DNA of 64,000 bases from an uncultured Gammaproteobacteria bacterium (lineage in GTDB: Bacteria; Pseudomonadota; Gammaproteobacteria; Natronospirales; REEB76): positions 1,132-65,131 of the forward strand of contig CAZPAO010000011.1 of the NCBI GenBank assembly GCA_964584665.1. Direction: 5' to 3'. The notes below the pieces were generated by a model. The model was given only the letters and a program-made list of their open reading frames with translations. It did no database searches and was not told where the DNA came from. The translations under genes were made by a program, and so were the position numbers. Shown one piece after another: positions 25,170-33,649 of this stretch. The first letter of the stretch is position 1; each line of letters begins with the position of its first letter.

Positions 25170-25994
25170 CTATCCTGCCGCGGTGATCTCCACGCCGATC
25201 CCGCGGTAGCCGATGAAGCTGCACGCGCGATTGAACATCGGCTCACCGCTCACGCGGAAATGCTGGCGTGATCCATTGGCATTGGTGCGGCTCAACACCA
25301 GGTCCAGGAAGGGCTGCCGGGTATCGATGAGCATAGAGAGCTCATCGCGCTTCACCTGGTCCCAGCCCACGGCGTGGTCAGTGCTGCGCTCTCCCGTCAG
25401 GGAGTCCACCCTGATACCGAGCATCTCCAGCACCGGGCCCGAGACCTTGCTGAAGTTGCCGATCTCGTCCTGCTCCCAGTACCAGTCGGATGCGAGTTCG
25501 GTCAGGCTGCGATAGCGGGCTTCGCTCTCGCGCAACTCCGCTGTACGCTCTCGCACCGTCCGCTCCAGCAGTGCGGCATGATGCGCGAGGTTCCGGTAGA
25601 GCAGGCGCACTTCCAGCAGGTTATGGATGCGCGTCTTCACCTCCAACAGATCGAAGGGCTTGCTGACGAAGTCCTTCGCCCCACTACGCAGGGCGCGGAG
25701 CTTGTGCCCGGGTTGGGCGGTGACCACGAGCACCGTGAGATAGCTGCCGGCGGCGCTGACCTTGAGGGCCTCCATCACCTGGAACCCATCCATGGCCGGC
25801 ATCTGCAGGTCCAGGAGGATCAGGTCGTAGTCGTGCTTGCGGTTGAGCGCGCAGACCTGTTCGGGATCGGAGGTCGAGGAGACATTGCTGTAACCGGCGC
25901 CACGCAACATCTCCTGCAGCAGGCTGACGTTGGCTTCCTGGTCATCGACTATGAGGATACGGGCCTTGAGGATGTCGGATTCGGTGACGCTCAT
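25170..25994 (-). CDS. response regulator, REC + PAS output
   Basis: ILIVDDQ..DLILLDLQMP..KPF receiver, a coiled linker, then a PAS-like C-terminus. Start overlaps the HK stop (ATGA). Confidence 0.85.
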   Translation of the reverse strand: MSVTESDILKARILIVDDQEANVSLLQEMLRGAGYSNVSSTSDPEQVCALNRKHDYDLILLDLQMPAMDGFQVMEALKVSAAGSYLTVLVVTAQPGHKLRALRSGAKDFVSKPFDLLEVKTRIHNLLEVRLLYRNLAHHAALLERTVRERTAELRESEARYRSLTELASDWYWEQDEIGNFSKVSGPVLEMLGIRVDSLTGERSTDHAVGWDQVKRDELSMLIDTRQPFLDLVLSRTNANGSRQHFRVSGEPMFNRACSFIGYRGIGVEITAAG

Positions 25995-27688
25995 GCGGAC
26001 TCGACTTGGGCGGTGAGACCCGGCGTCCTCTGGGCGTATTCCAGGGCCTTGTCCAGGGCCTCCATGAACTGGTCGACCTTGATGGGCTTGGTCAGGTAGT
26101 TGAAGAAGCCCGCCTCGAGGGCTTTCTCGATATCGCGGGGGACCGCGTTGGCGCTGAGCGCGAGGATGGGGATATGCGCCGTCGCCGGGTCAGCCAGCAG
26201 CACCTTGAGCGCCGCGACGCCGCTGATGCCGGGCAAGTTGATGTCCATCAGTATGACTTCCGGCTGGTAGGCGCGGGCGTACTCGATGCCGAGTTCGCCG
26301 TCCGGCGCGCTCAGCAGATGCAGGTCGGGACGGCGCGCGATGAGTTGTTCCACGAGTTCCAGGTTGGCCGGGTTGTCCTCGACATAGAGCACGGTACGCG
26401 GCGCCAGGCCCTCGGGCAGCGGCCGGCTTTCCATGGCGAAGGGTGTGACCATGCCGACGAGACGGGGTGCTTCCGTCAGGTGCAGTTCGACCCAGAACGT
26501 GCTGCCCACGCCGACGGTGCTCTCCACACCTATGGAGCCGCCCATCAGTTCCACCAGCCGTTTGGTCACCACCAGGCCGATGCCGGTGCCCTCCTCCACG
26601 CCCGCCTCCCGGCCGAGCCGGTTGAAGGGCTGGAAGAGCTGGTCGAGCTGGGCCGGGGTGAGCCCGGTACCGGTGTCAACGATGCAGATGCGGATGGCAC
26701 CCCCGGGCCACAGGTTGTACTCGATGGAGACCTTGCCGCCCGGTTTGTTGTACTTGACCGCGTTGAAGAGCAGGTTGATGAGCACCTGCTTGATGCGGGT
26801 ACGGTCGGCCTTGACGAAATAATCGGTCTCGAAGCGTGGGAAGTCCATGCTGATGCTGCGCTTATGCGCCTGCGGCTCGATCATGGCGCGGCACTCCAGC
26901 ATGATCTCCGGCAGCGAGACCGGCTCCTCCGACAAGGTGGCCTTGCCCGACTCGATGAGCGCGAGGTCGAGGATCTCGTTGATCAGCTCCAAGAGGTACC
27001 AGCCGGCCTTCAGGATATGGTTGATGTTGCGCTTCTGGCCCGGCGACTGCGGCGAGATATCCGACAGCATGATCTGGGCGAAACCGAGGATCGCGTTAAG
27101 CGGCGTGCGCAGCTCGTGGCTCATGCCCGAGAGGAAATCCGTCTTTGCCACGTTGGCCTTGTCCGCGGCCGCCACTGCTTCCTTGAGTGCCGCTTCGTCG
27201 CGCTTACGGACGGAGTTGTCCGCGCCGATCAGCAGGTAGCCGATAAGCCCGGTATGATCGTCGCGTAGCGCCGTGATGGATACGCTCGCCGGGAAGCGGC
27301 TGCCGTCCTTGCGGATGTAGGTGAGATCATAGGTATCATCGATGGTCCGCGACGCTTTGTAGGCCAGGGCTTCGAAACCGGGGGCAATGGGGGTGTCGAA
27401 CTCGAGGCTCAGTTCCTGCGCGCGAGCGCGGACTTCCTCCTGGTCATGGATGTCGCTGGGACTGATCTTGTCCACGACCTCGGCCGCCTCATACCCGAGC
27501 ATGCGCTCGGCGCCGGAGTTGAACAGTTGGATGATGCCCTTCTCGTCGGTGGCTATGATCGAGAAATTGCCGCTGGTGAGGATCGCATGCTGCAAGGCGC
27601 CCTTCTTCACCACCGCTTCCGCTTGGCGTACGCGGGCATCGCGCTCCCCGTGACCGGCGAAATTTGAACGATTCCCTGCTTCAGGCAT
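25991..27688 (-). CDS. cytoplasmic hybrid sensor histidine kinase (PAS-HisKA-HATPase-REC)
   Basis: H-box MSHELRTPLNAI. N/G boxes (NAVKYN, DTGTGL, GTGIGL). C-terminal receiver VLYVEDN..VILMDINLPG..KP. No TM segments. Confidence 0.9.
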   Translation of the reverse strand: MPEAGNRSNFAGHGERDARVRQAEAVVKKGALQHAILTSGNFSIIATDEKGIIQLFNSGAERMLGYEAAEVVDKISPSDIHDQEEVRARAQELSLEFDTPIAPGFEALAYKASRTIDDTYDLTYIRKDGSRFPASVSITALRDDHTGLIGYLLIGADNSVRKRDEAALKEAVAAADKANVAKTDFLSGMSHELRTPLNAILGFAQIMLSDISPQSPGQKRNINHILKAGWYLLELINEILDLALIESGKATLSEEPVSLPEIMLECRAMIEPQAHKRSISMDFPRFETDYFVKADRTRIKQVLINLLFNAVKYNKPGGKVSIEYNLWPGGAIRICIVDTGTGLTPAQLDQLFQPFNRLGREAGVEEGTGIGLVVTKRLVELMGGSIGVESTVGVGSTFWVELHLTEAPRLVGMVTPFAMESRPLPEGLAPRTVLYVEDNPANLELVEQLIARRPDLHLLSAPDGELGIEYARAYQPEVILMDINLPGISGVAALKVLLADPATAHIPILALSANAVPRDIEKALEAGFFNYLTKPIKVDQFMEALDKALEYAQRTPGLTAQVESA

Positions 27689-28013
27689 GGCAATTCCTCC
27701 GTGAAAAAAGGCCGTCCAGCGACACGCCTGCCGACCTGGACATCAGCATCGAGGGCAAGATGGATGCAGATGAGTCGGATCCCCCTTCAAGCCCGTATTG
27801 TCACCGCCATCCACGCCACTCTCTGTGCGGCAGCGCACATAAAGGGGGACCGGAGACACCGGATCCGGTTCAGTCGCATGCGAGAGCTTTGTGACGGCGA
27901 TGGAAGGTATATCGCAGACTAGAAGCGATCATCGGTGCCGGAGATGGGCACCAAAGACAGGCAACGATATGCTGGCGCGGCCGGGAGGCCACGCGGAGAA
28001 GAGCGCTGAGGCG

Positions 28014-28445
28014 TCAGGCCTTCTTGGTCTTGGACGCTTTCGCCCGAGCGCGCGGGGGGACTTTCTTCTTTTGGTTCTTCTTCAGCTTGGTCTGGTTGTA
28101 GACGATGGCGGCGCGCACCAGACCCTTCAAAACCCGTGCATTGACCTTGTCGCCCTCGAAGAAATCTATCGATCGCCTGGCATTGCCGGCGAAACCGTCG
28201 TTGAAGAGCTTGTCCGGATCCTTGAGCCGCGCGCCGTGGGCGAAGGTGAGCTTCACCTTGCCCTTGTGTGCGTTGGCGACCGCGATCATCCCGTCGCAGG
28301 ACCACACCGGGCTCCCCATCCACTTCCATTCCTCGACGATGCCCTTGTCGGCCGCGAGGATAGCTTTGCGGACGCTCGCGAAAGTCTCGCCGCGCCAGTC
28401 ATCGATGCCGGCGATGAGCTTGTCTATGCGTTCCGATGGACCCAT
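28014..28445 (-). CDS. DUF1801 (YdhG-like) domain protein with Lys-rich tail
   Basis: GGAGGG SD before ATG 28445. EEWKWMGSPVWS motif. C-terminal KLKKNQKKKVPPRARAKASKTKKA. Confidence 0.7.
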   Translation of the reverse strand: MGPSERIDKLIAGIDDWRGETFASVRKAILAADKGIVEEWKWMGSPVWSCDGMIAVANAHKGKVKLTFAHGARLKDPDKLFNDGFAGNARRSIDFFEGDKVNARVLKGLVRAAIVYNQTKLKKNQKKKVPPRARAKASKTKKA

Positions 28446-28584
28446 TGAGCCCTCCATATCTCAGGTTCCGGTGACACCGCCTACATTATCAAATGGCTCG
28501 CCCGCGGCGATAGCCGGTCACATGCGCCTGGCGACAGGCCTATACTCAGGTGGGGCCGCCATCCGGGAATAGGGAGACCAAGCG

Positions 28585-29154
28585 ATGAATAAGTCGATCG
28601 CGATCACGACTGCCTTGCTGTTGCTTGCACCGCTCGCGTCCGTAGCCGATAGCGGTTGGGTGACAGCAGCGCCCGACAACGCCGGGTTCAGCGCAGAGTT
28701 CCCCGTCGCGCCCAGCCCCCAGGTGCAGTCGGGGCAAGGGTTCACCACGAGCATGTGGCTGGCGAAGTCCGCCGATGGAAACGTGCTGGTGCTCACCGGC
28801 GTGACGGACTACTGGGCGGACATCGACACAGACCAGGAACTGGAACTCGACCAGAAGAACTTCCTCAGTTCCGTGGGCGGCACCGCCAGTTCATCCAAAC
28901 GGGACACCTACCCGGGAACGAAGCGTAAGACCAAACTCCCTTCCGTGGTCTTCGATTTCTCCACCGCCAGCGGCTGGAACGGCCGCTCCCGCGTGATAAA
29001 GGACGGCGACACGGTCTATCAGACCGCGGTGATGTGGAGACAGGGTTATGACGGCGGCACCGCGCTGGAACTATTCGAGAAGACCTATAAGCTGTTGCCG
29101 CGGGTGCGCCCGACTCCGCCGGCGGCGACCGCGGCCCCGGCAGCGGGCGGATAG
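28585..29154 (+). CDS. secreted hypothetical protein
   Basis: GGGAGA SD. Signal peptide ALLLLAPLASVA. No family recognised. Confidence 0.6.
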   Translation: MNKSIAITTALLLLAPLASVADSGWVTAAPDNAGFSAEFPVAPSPQVQSGQGFTTSMWLAKSADGNVLVLTGVTDYWADIDTDQELELDQKNFLSSVGGTASSSKRDTYPGTKRKTKLPSVVFDFSTASGWNGRSRVIKDGDTVYQTAVMWRQGYDGGTALELFEKTYKLLPRVRPTPPAATAAPAAGG

Positions 29155-29183
29155 ATAAACCTCAGATTAATTCAAAAATAGAC

Positions 29184-29207
29184 GAGGCCGGCTTTTTAGC
29201 CGGCCTC
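29184..29207. terminator. bidirectional rho-independent terminator
   Basis: GAGGCCGGC-ttttta-GCCGGCCTC, flanked by AAAAATA upstream and CTTTTT downstream, between convergent genes. Confidence 0.75.
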
Positions 29208-29249
29208 TCACTTTTTAAAGATGTGCGCGGGTGATCCACCCGAGCTGAT

Positions 29250-29588
29250 CTACCGTTTTGGGATCGGGATGTTGTGCCGAGGGGGCTTATTGGCCCAATC
29301 GCGTTTGTGCATCTCAGCGTAAGCCGGCGCGGGCTTATGGGACGGGATATGCATGGGCCCATGCTGGTCGTTGGGGTCGGCTAGCTGCGCCGGCTGCCCG
29401 CTGCCCGGCGGCACCGGCTGCGGGCGCGACGAGGGCGGCACGGGGCGCTTGTGGGCACGAGGCAGCGTGGTCTTCTTCGGCGGCGCCTTGGGCGCCGGCT
29501 TCTTCGCCGAAGCCTTCTTCGCCACGGCCTTCTTGGGCGCCGCCTTGCGGGCGGCGGTCTTCTTCTTAGGAGCGGCTTTCTTCTTCAT
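29250..29588 (-). CDS. histone-H1-like Lys/Ala/Pro-rich basic protein
   Basis: N-terminus MKKKAAPKKKTAARKAAPKKAVAKKASAKKPAPKAPPKK, then a Pro-rich segment and a His/Lys-rich tail. Confidence 0.6.
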   Translation of the reverse strand: MKKKAAPKKKTAARKAAPKKAVAKKASAKKPAPKAPPKKTTLPRAHKRPVPPSSRPQPVPPGSGQPAQLADPNDQHGPMHIPSHKPAPAYAEMHKRDWANKPPRHNIPIPKR

Positions 29589-29645
29589 GGCTCAAGCCTA
29601 GCACCGTACACGTGACTTGCGGAAGCGGCGACTTATCGTAAAAAA

Positions 29646-29669
29646 GGAGGGCCGCTCACGCGGCCCTCC
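29646..29669 (-). terminator. rho-independent terminator of the PrcB-like gene
   Basis: GGAGGGCCGC-tcac-GCGGCCCTCC. The minus strand follows with CTTTTTT. Confidence 0.75.
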
Positions 29670-29693
29670 CTTCGAGGCATCAGCCCTCCCGCA

Positions 29694-30176
29694 TCAGGTG
29701 CAGGGCGGAGTCTCGCGCTTCTTCACCTCGTCGAAGGTCACCGGGGCCGTGGTCGGCACGGTGGCGAAGATGAAGGGGTGGGTGATGTCCATGGTCATGT
29801 TGTGGCAGTTGGTGCCGGGCTGGATCACCGTCAGGCCGACCGCGTAGCCGGTGCCCGCGGGCTCGGCACGGGTGACCTTCACGCTATAGCCGCCATGCTT
29901 CATCTCGCCGACGGAGTAATAGATCACCGTCTGCTTGGTGAAATCCACGCTCGGCAGCGCCGGCTTGCTGGACTGGTCCGAGTAGATCTTGTCCCAGGCG
30001 GCCTGGAAAGCGGCTTGATCATGGATGTCCTGCTGCTCCGTATCCTTCACGCCGCTGTGGGAACCAGCCTGCAATACGGTGACACCATTGGTGTCGGCGC
30101 CGGCACCGCCGCCGCCACTGGCGCAACCGGCGAGGAACGCGGCCAGGGCCGCGAAGGCGATCAGCAACTTCTTCAT
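29694..30176 (-). CDS. PrcB-like (protease complex subunit PrcB C-terminal domain) lipoprotein
   Basis: MKKLLIAFAALAAFLAGC lipobox. ..DQAAFQAAWDKIY.., GGYSVKV pattern. Family from memory. Confidence 0.6.
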   Translation of the reverse strand: MKKLLIAFAALAAFLAGCASGGGGAGADTNGVTVLQAGSHSGVKDTEQQDIHDQAAFQAAWDKIYSDQSSKPALPSVDFTKQTVIYYSVGEMKHGGYSVKVTRAEPAGTGYAVGLTVIQPGTNCHNMTMDITHPFIFATVPTTAPVTFDEVKKRETPPCT

Positions 30177-30205
30177 GACGTTTCCTCCGAGAGTGTTGGG
30201 AAGCT

Positions 30206-30940
30206 TCACTTGTTTATGCGGTAAAAGACCTGCACGTCGGCACCGATGTCTATGTCACCGTTCAGGTATTCGGGATCGGCCGCGGCCGACTTCGACAGGG
30301 ACGCTGCCATCATCGGGCGCGGACCGCCGTAACCGCCCTGCTCGCTGATGCTGAACACAGGACCGACCGAGACCCCGGCGCTCTTGGCGAGGACGGCAGC
30401 CTTGTCGTGGGCATCCTGTACTGCGAGCCCGCGCGCCTGCTGCTGCAAGGCGGCCCGATCGCTGCGATCCAGGCTGACGCCGCCGAGGTCCGTGACGCCG
30501 GCGCTGAACAGGCCGTCCGCCAACTCGCCATAGCGGGAGAGATCATGCAGCGTGAGGCTGATGCTGCGGCTGACGTTATAGCCGATGAGCTTGTAGGCGC
30601 GCTTGCCGCTTGCGCTGCTGCTGATGCCGCCGCCTTCGCTGACCCAGCCGTATTGGGGGTAGACGGTGACCGCAGGCGCGACGATGTCCTTGTCGGCCAG
30701 CCCGAGCTTGCGGGCCAGCGCGATGACCTTGGCGGCACGGCCTTCCACGTCGGCACGGGCGGTCTTGGCATCGATATCGGTCTGCTGCAGGGTCAGATTG
30801 ACATAGGCCATGTCCGGCGCCACGTGCAACTCGCCGTGGCCGTTCACCTGGATGTAGGGATCGCGCGGCGGGCCGTCGGCATGGGTCGCATAGGCGGGCA
30901 GCAGCAGCGAGACGAACAAGCCGGACAGCAGATATCTCAA
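30206..30940 (-). CDS. SIMPL/DUF541 periplasmic protein
   Basis: Signal peptide, then IQVNGHGELHVAPDMAYVNLTL.. typical of SIMPL. TTG start overlaps the upstream stop (TTGA). Confidence 0.75.
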   Translation of the reverse strand: MRYLLSGLFVSLLLPAYATHADGPPRDPYIQVNGHGELHVAPDMAYVNLTLQQTDIDAKTARADVEGRAAKVIALARKLGLADKDIVAPAVTVYPQYGWVSEGGGISSSASGKRAYKLIGYNVSRSISLTLHDLSRYGELADGLFSAGVTDLGGVSLDRSDRAALQQQARGLAVQDAHDKAAVLAKSAGVSVGPVFSISEQGGYGGPRPMMAASLSKSAAADPEYLNGDIDIGADVQVFYRINK

Positions 30941-31512
30941 GGGATCATCTCCAGGGTGCGCAGGATCGCGTCGGTATCGGCCACCTCGGCGAACTCCCCA
31001 TGCAGGCTGGCGAGCGCCAGGGCGTGCACGGTCTCGGCGTCATAGGGGCGGCCATCATAGCCGGTCTGGGCGTTGGTGGCGCAGGCGTCCGCCGCCAGCA
31101 AGGCGCGGAAACCCAGGTTCCCCGCCATGCGCGTGGTGGTGGAGACGCAGTGGGCGGTGGTGAGCCCCGCGATGACGAGCGTGCTTATGTCCAGTGAGCG
31201 CAGCCGCGCTTCCAGGTCCGTGCCGATGAAGGCGCTATTCACCTGCTTGCCGATGACGGGCTCGCCGGGCAGCGGCCGGACCTCCGGCTTGATGTCGCAA
31301 CCCGGCTGCCCGGGCCGGAGCGGCGAGCCCGGCGTGGTGGAACGATGCTGCACGTGGAACACGGGCCGGCCGGCAACGCGCCAGCTCGAGAGCAATCTCG
31401 CCGCGTTGGTTTCGGCCTGGGGGTTGTTGCGCGGGCCCCAATACTTCAGGTCATCGAAACCCTGCTGGATGTCGATGAGGATCAGCGCTGCGTTCTTGGG
31501 GATGGGCTGCAT
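30937..31512 (-). CDS. isochorismatase-family cysteine hydrolase
   Basis: ALILIDIQQGF.., KQVNSAF.., VIAGLTTAHCVSTT (catalytic Cys). The 328-aa ORF extension was rejected. Confidence 0.8.
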   Translation of the reverse strand: MQPIPKNAALILIDIQQGFDDLKYWGPRNNPQAETNAARLLSSWRVAGRPVFHVQHRSTTPGSPLRPGQPGCDIKPEVRPLPGEPVIGKQVNSAFIGTDLEARLRSLDISTLVIAGLTTAHCVSTTTRMAGNLGFRALLAADACATNAQTGYDGRPYDAETVHALALASLHGEFAEVADTDAILRTLEMIP

Positions 31513-31547
31513 ATCGGAGATGCGGCGCCCGCGGGCGCCGCTCTGGA

Positions 31548-32567
31548 TCAACCTTCCAAGACGCAGGCGAAGATGAGCGGCGCCACGATGGTCGCGTCCG
31601 ACTCCACGATGAACTTCGGCGTCTCGGCGGCGAGCTTGCCCCAGGTGATCTTCTCGTTGGGGACTGCGCCCGAATACGAACCATAGCTCGTGGTGGAATC
31701 GCTGATCTGGCAGAAGTAGGCCCACAGGGGCGTGGCTTGCTCCATGTCCTGCTCCAGCATGGGCACCACGCAGATGGGGAAGTCGCCGGCGATGCCGCCG
31801 CCGATCTGGAAGAAGCCCACGCCCGCGCCGCCGGAGTTCTTCCGGTACCAGTCGGCCAGGAACATCATGTACTCGATGCCGGTGCGCACGGTGTGCACGT
31901 TCTTGATGTCGCCCTTCATGCAATGGGCGGCGAAGATGTTGCCCAGCGTCGCATCCTCCCAGCCGGGGACGATGATGGGTATGTTCTTCTCGCAGGCCGC
32001 CACCATCCAGGAATCCTTCGGGTCGATCTGGAAGTGCTGCTTCAGCACGCCGGAACGGATCAGGCGGTAGAAGAACTCGTGGGGGAAGTAACGCTCACCC
32101 TTCTGGTCGGCGGCCTGCCACTCGGCCAGGATCGCCTTCTCGATGCGGCGGATGGCCTCGCCCTCGGGGATGCAGGTGTCGGTGACGCGGTTCAGGTGCT
32201 TGTCGAGCAGCTTCTGCTCGTCCGCCGGCGAGAGCTCGCGGTACTTCGGCACGCGCACGTAGTGGTCGTGGGCCACCAGGTTGAAGATGTCCTCTTCCAG
32301 GTTGGCGCCGGTGCAGGTGATGATCTGCACCTTGTCGCGGCGGATCATCTCGGCCAGGGAGATGCCTAGCTCAGCGGTGCTCATGGCGCCGGCGAGGGTC
32401 ACCATCATCTTGCCGCCGTCCTTCATCAGCTTGATGTAGCCGTCGGCGGCGTCGATGAGCGCGGCCGAGTTGAAGTGGCGGTAGTGATGACGGACGTATT
32501 CGGCGACGGCTTTGGTATTGGTCACGGCCCCTGGACTCCCCGGATGGACGGTCTGAAAAGAGGGCAA
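31548..32567 (-). CDS. deoxyhypusine synthase family protein (bacterial homolog)
   Basis: Full-length DHS-like sequence (TLAGAMSTAELG, IITCTGANLEED, GGGIAGDFP, DSTTSYGSYSGA..EKITWGK). Start uncertain: TTG 32567 or GTG 32525. Confidence 0.85.
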   Translation of the reverse strand: MPSFQTVHPGSPGAVTNTKAVAEYVRHHYRHFNSAALIDAADGYIKLMKDGGKMMVTLAGAMSTAELGISLAEMIRRDKVQIITCTGANLEEDIFNLVAHDHYVRVPKYRELSPADEQKLLDKHLNRVTDTCIPEGEAIRRIEKAILAEWQAADQKGERYFPHEFFYRLIRSGVLKQHFQIDPKDSWMVAACEKNIPIIVPGWEDATLGNIFAAHCMKGDIKNVHTVRTGIEYMMFLADWYRKNSGGAGVGFFQIGGGIAGDFPICVVPMLEQDMEQATPLWAYFCQISDSTTSYGSYSGAVPNEKITWGKLAAETPKFIVESDATIVAPLIFACVLEG

Positions 32568-32603
32568 ATTGTAGCCTCAGGGGACCGCCGGGGGCCACGT
32601 TTT

Positions 32604-32795
32604 TCAGCCGGGTTTTTTGCTTGGCTCCTGCGCCGCCAGCAGAGCCGCGATATCCAGGGTGCTGACCGCGCCCAAAGATGCCTCCACCGCGCCCTCGTGG
32701 CAGAGCCCGCTGGCGGAAGCCTGTGCGTAGCCTTCTTTTGCAGCCTTGAGACAGGCGGCCCGCACCGCTTCAGCCAGGGCCTCTTCAGAAGTCAT
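32604..32795 (-). CDS. small conserved hypothetical protein (63 aa)
   Basis: ATG start. Ala-rich helical protein with GLCHEGA motif. I recall homologs of similar size, but the family is not named. Confidence 0.45.
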   Translation of the reverse strand: MTSEEALAEAVRAACLKAAKEGYAQASASGLCHEGAVEASLGAVSTLDIAALLAAQEPSKKPG

Positions 32796-32822
32796 AAAAC
32801 CCTCCCGGCATGGGCCCTGGCT

Positions 32823-32949
32823 GGCAAAGCGTAGCGAGCGAAGGCGGGGCTAGGCGCGCGAGGCGAGCAGGAGGGAGCGTACATTTCAGTACGTGACCGA
32901 CTGCGAGTCCGAAGCGCAACAACGCCCTGCCGAGCGCAGCAGCTTTGCC
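32823..32949. repeat. MITE/REP-like intergenic element, copy B
   Basis: 8-bp perfect TIR GGCAAAGC / GCTTTGCC. Termini match copy A. The 77-nt core (32850-32926) matches the reverse complement of 43765-43842. Confidence 0.75.
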
Positions 32950-32951
32950 GG

Positions 32952-33602
32952 TCACACGCATTCCCAAGAGAAAGTACCGATGGGCGCGCTGCTGATCTCG
33001 ATGCGGTCGCCGGGGACGAGCGGGCCCACACCGGCCGGCGTGCCGGTATAGATGAGGTCGCCGGGCAAGAGGTGCCAGCGCGTGCTCAGGAACGCAACGA
33101 TGGTGGCCACGGGGAAGAGCATGTCCCGGGTGTTGCCCTGCTGGCGCAGCTCTGCATTGACCGCGCAACGCATCTCGATGGCTCTGAGGTCCAGGTCGGC
33201 GGCGGGGACGAAGGCACCCAAGGCCGCCGCATCGTCGAAGGCCTTGGCCAATTCCCAGGGGCTGCCCGCGTCCTTCAGGCGCTTCTGCTCGTCCCGCAGG
33301 GTGAGGTCGAGCCCCAGGGTCGCCCCCTCGACGTGATCGAGAGCCGCAGACTCGGGGATGGCGCTCCCGCCTTTCCCCAGGACCACCACCAGTTCCATCT
33401 CATGGTGCACGGCGCCCACGCCCCGGGGCAGACTCAGGCTGGCGCCCTGCACCAGGCTGGTGATGGGCTTCATGAAGATGATGGGGATGGAGCCGGCAGC
33501 CGGCATGGCGTTGCCCAGTTCCTTGGCGTGGTCGGCGTAGTTGCGCCCGACGCAGAAGATGCGCTGAGATGCAGGGACGTGCTCGAGACCGACGAATTGC
33601 AT
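32952..33602 (-). CDS. fumarylacetoacetate hydrolase (FAH) family protein
   Basis: IFCVGRNYADHAKELG.., ELVVVLGK, GDLIYTGTPAGVG motifs. Confidence 0.85.
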   Translation of the reverse strand: MQFVGLEHVPASQRIFCVGRNYADHAKELGNAMPAAGSIPIIFMKPITSLVQGASLSLPRGVGAVHHEMELVVVLGKGGSAIPESAALDHVEGATLGLDLTLRDEQKRLKDAGSPWELAKAFDDAAALGAFVPAADLDLRAIEMRCAVNAELRQQGNTRDMLFPVATIVAFLSTRWHLLPGDLIYTGTPAGVGPLVPGDRIEISSAPIGTFSWECV

Positions 33603-33649
33603 GGCTGACCTCGGGATTGCTGGAGCGGCAGGCGCGACGGAGCGATCCG

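Noticed and set aside
27689-28013. ORFs 27664-27894 and 27701-27922, plus small palindromes (ACCGGATCCGGT at 27858-27869; TGTGCG-gcag-CGCACA), in the 325-bp spacer upstream of the hybrid kinase.
   Set aside because: The ORFs have no SD, no family resemblance and an odd composition. The palindromes are short and lack a terminator or promoter context. The region was left unannotated as a probable promoter region.
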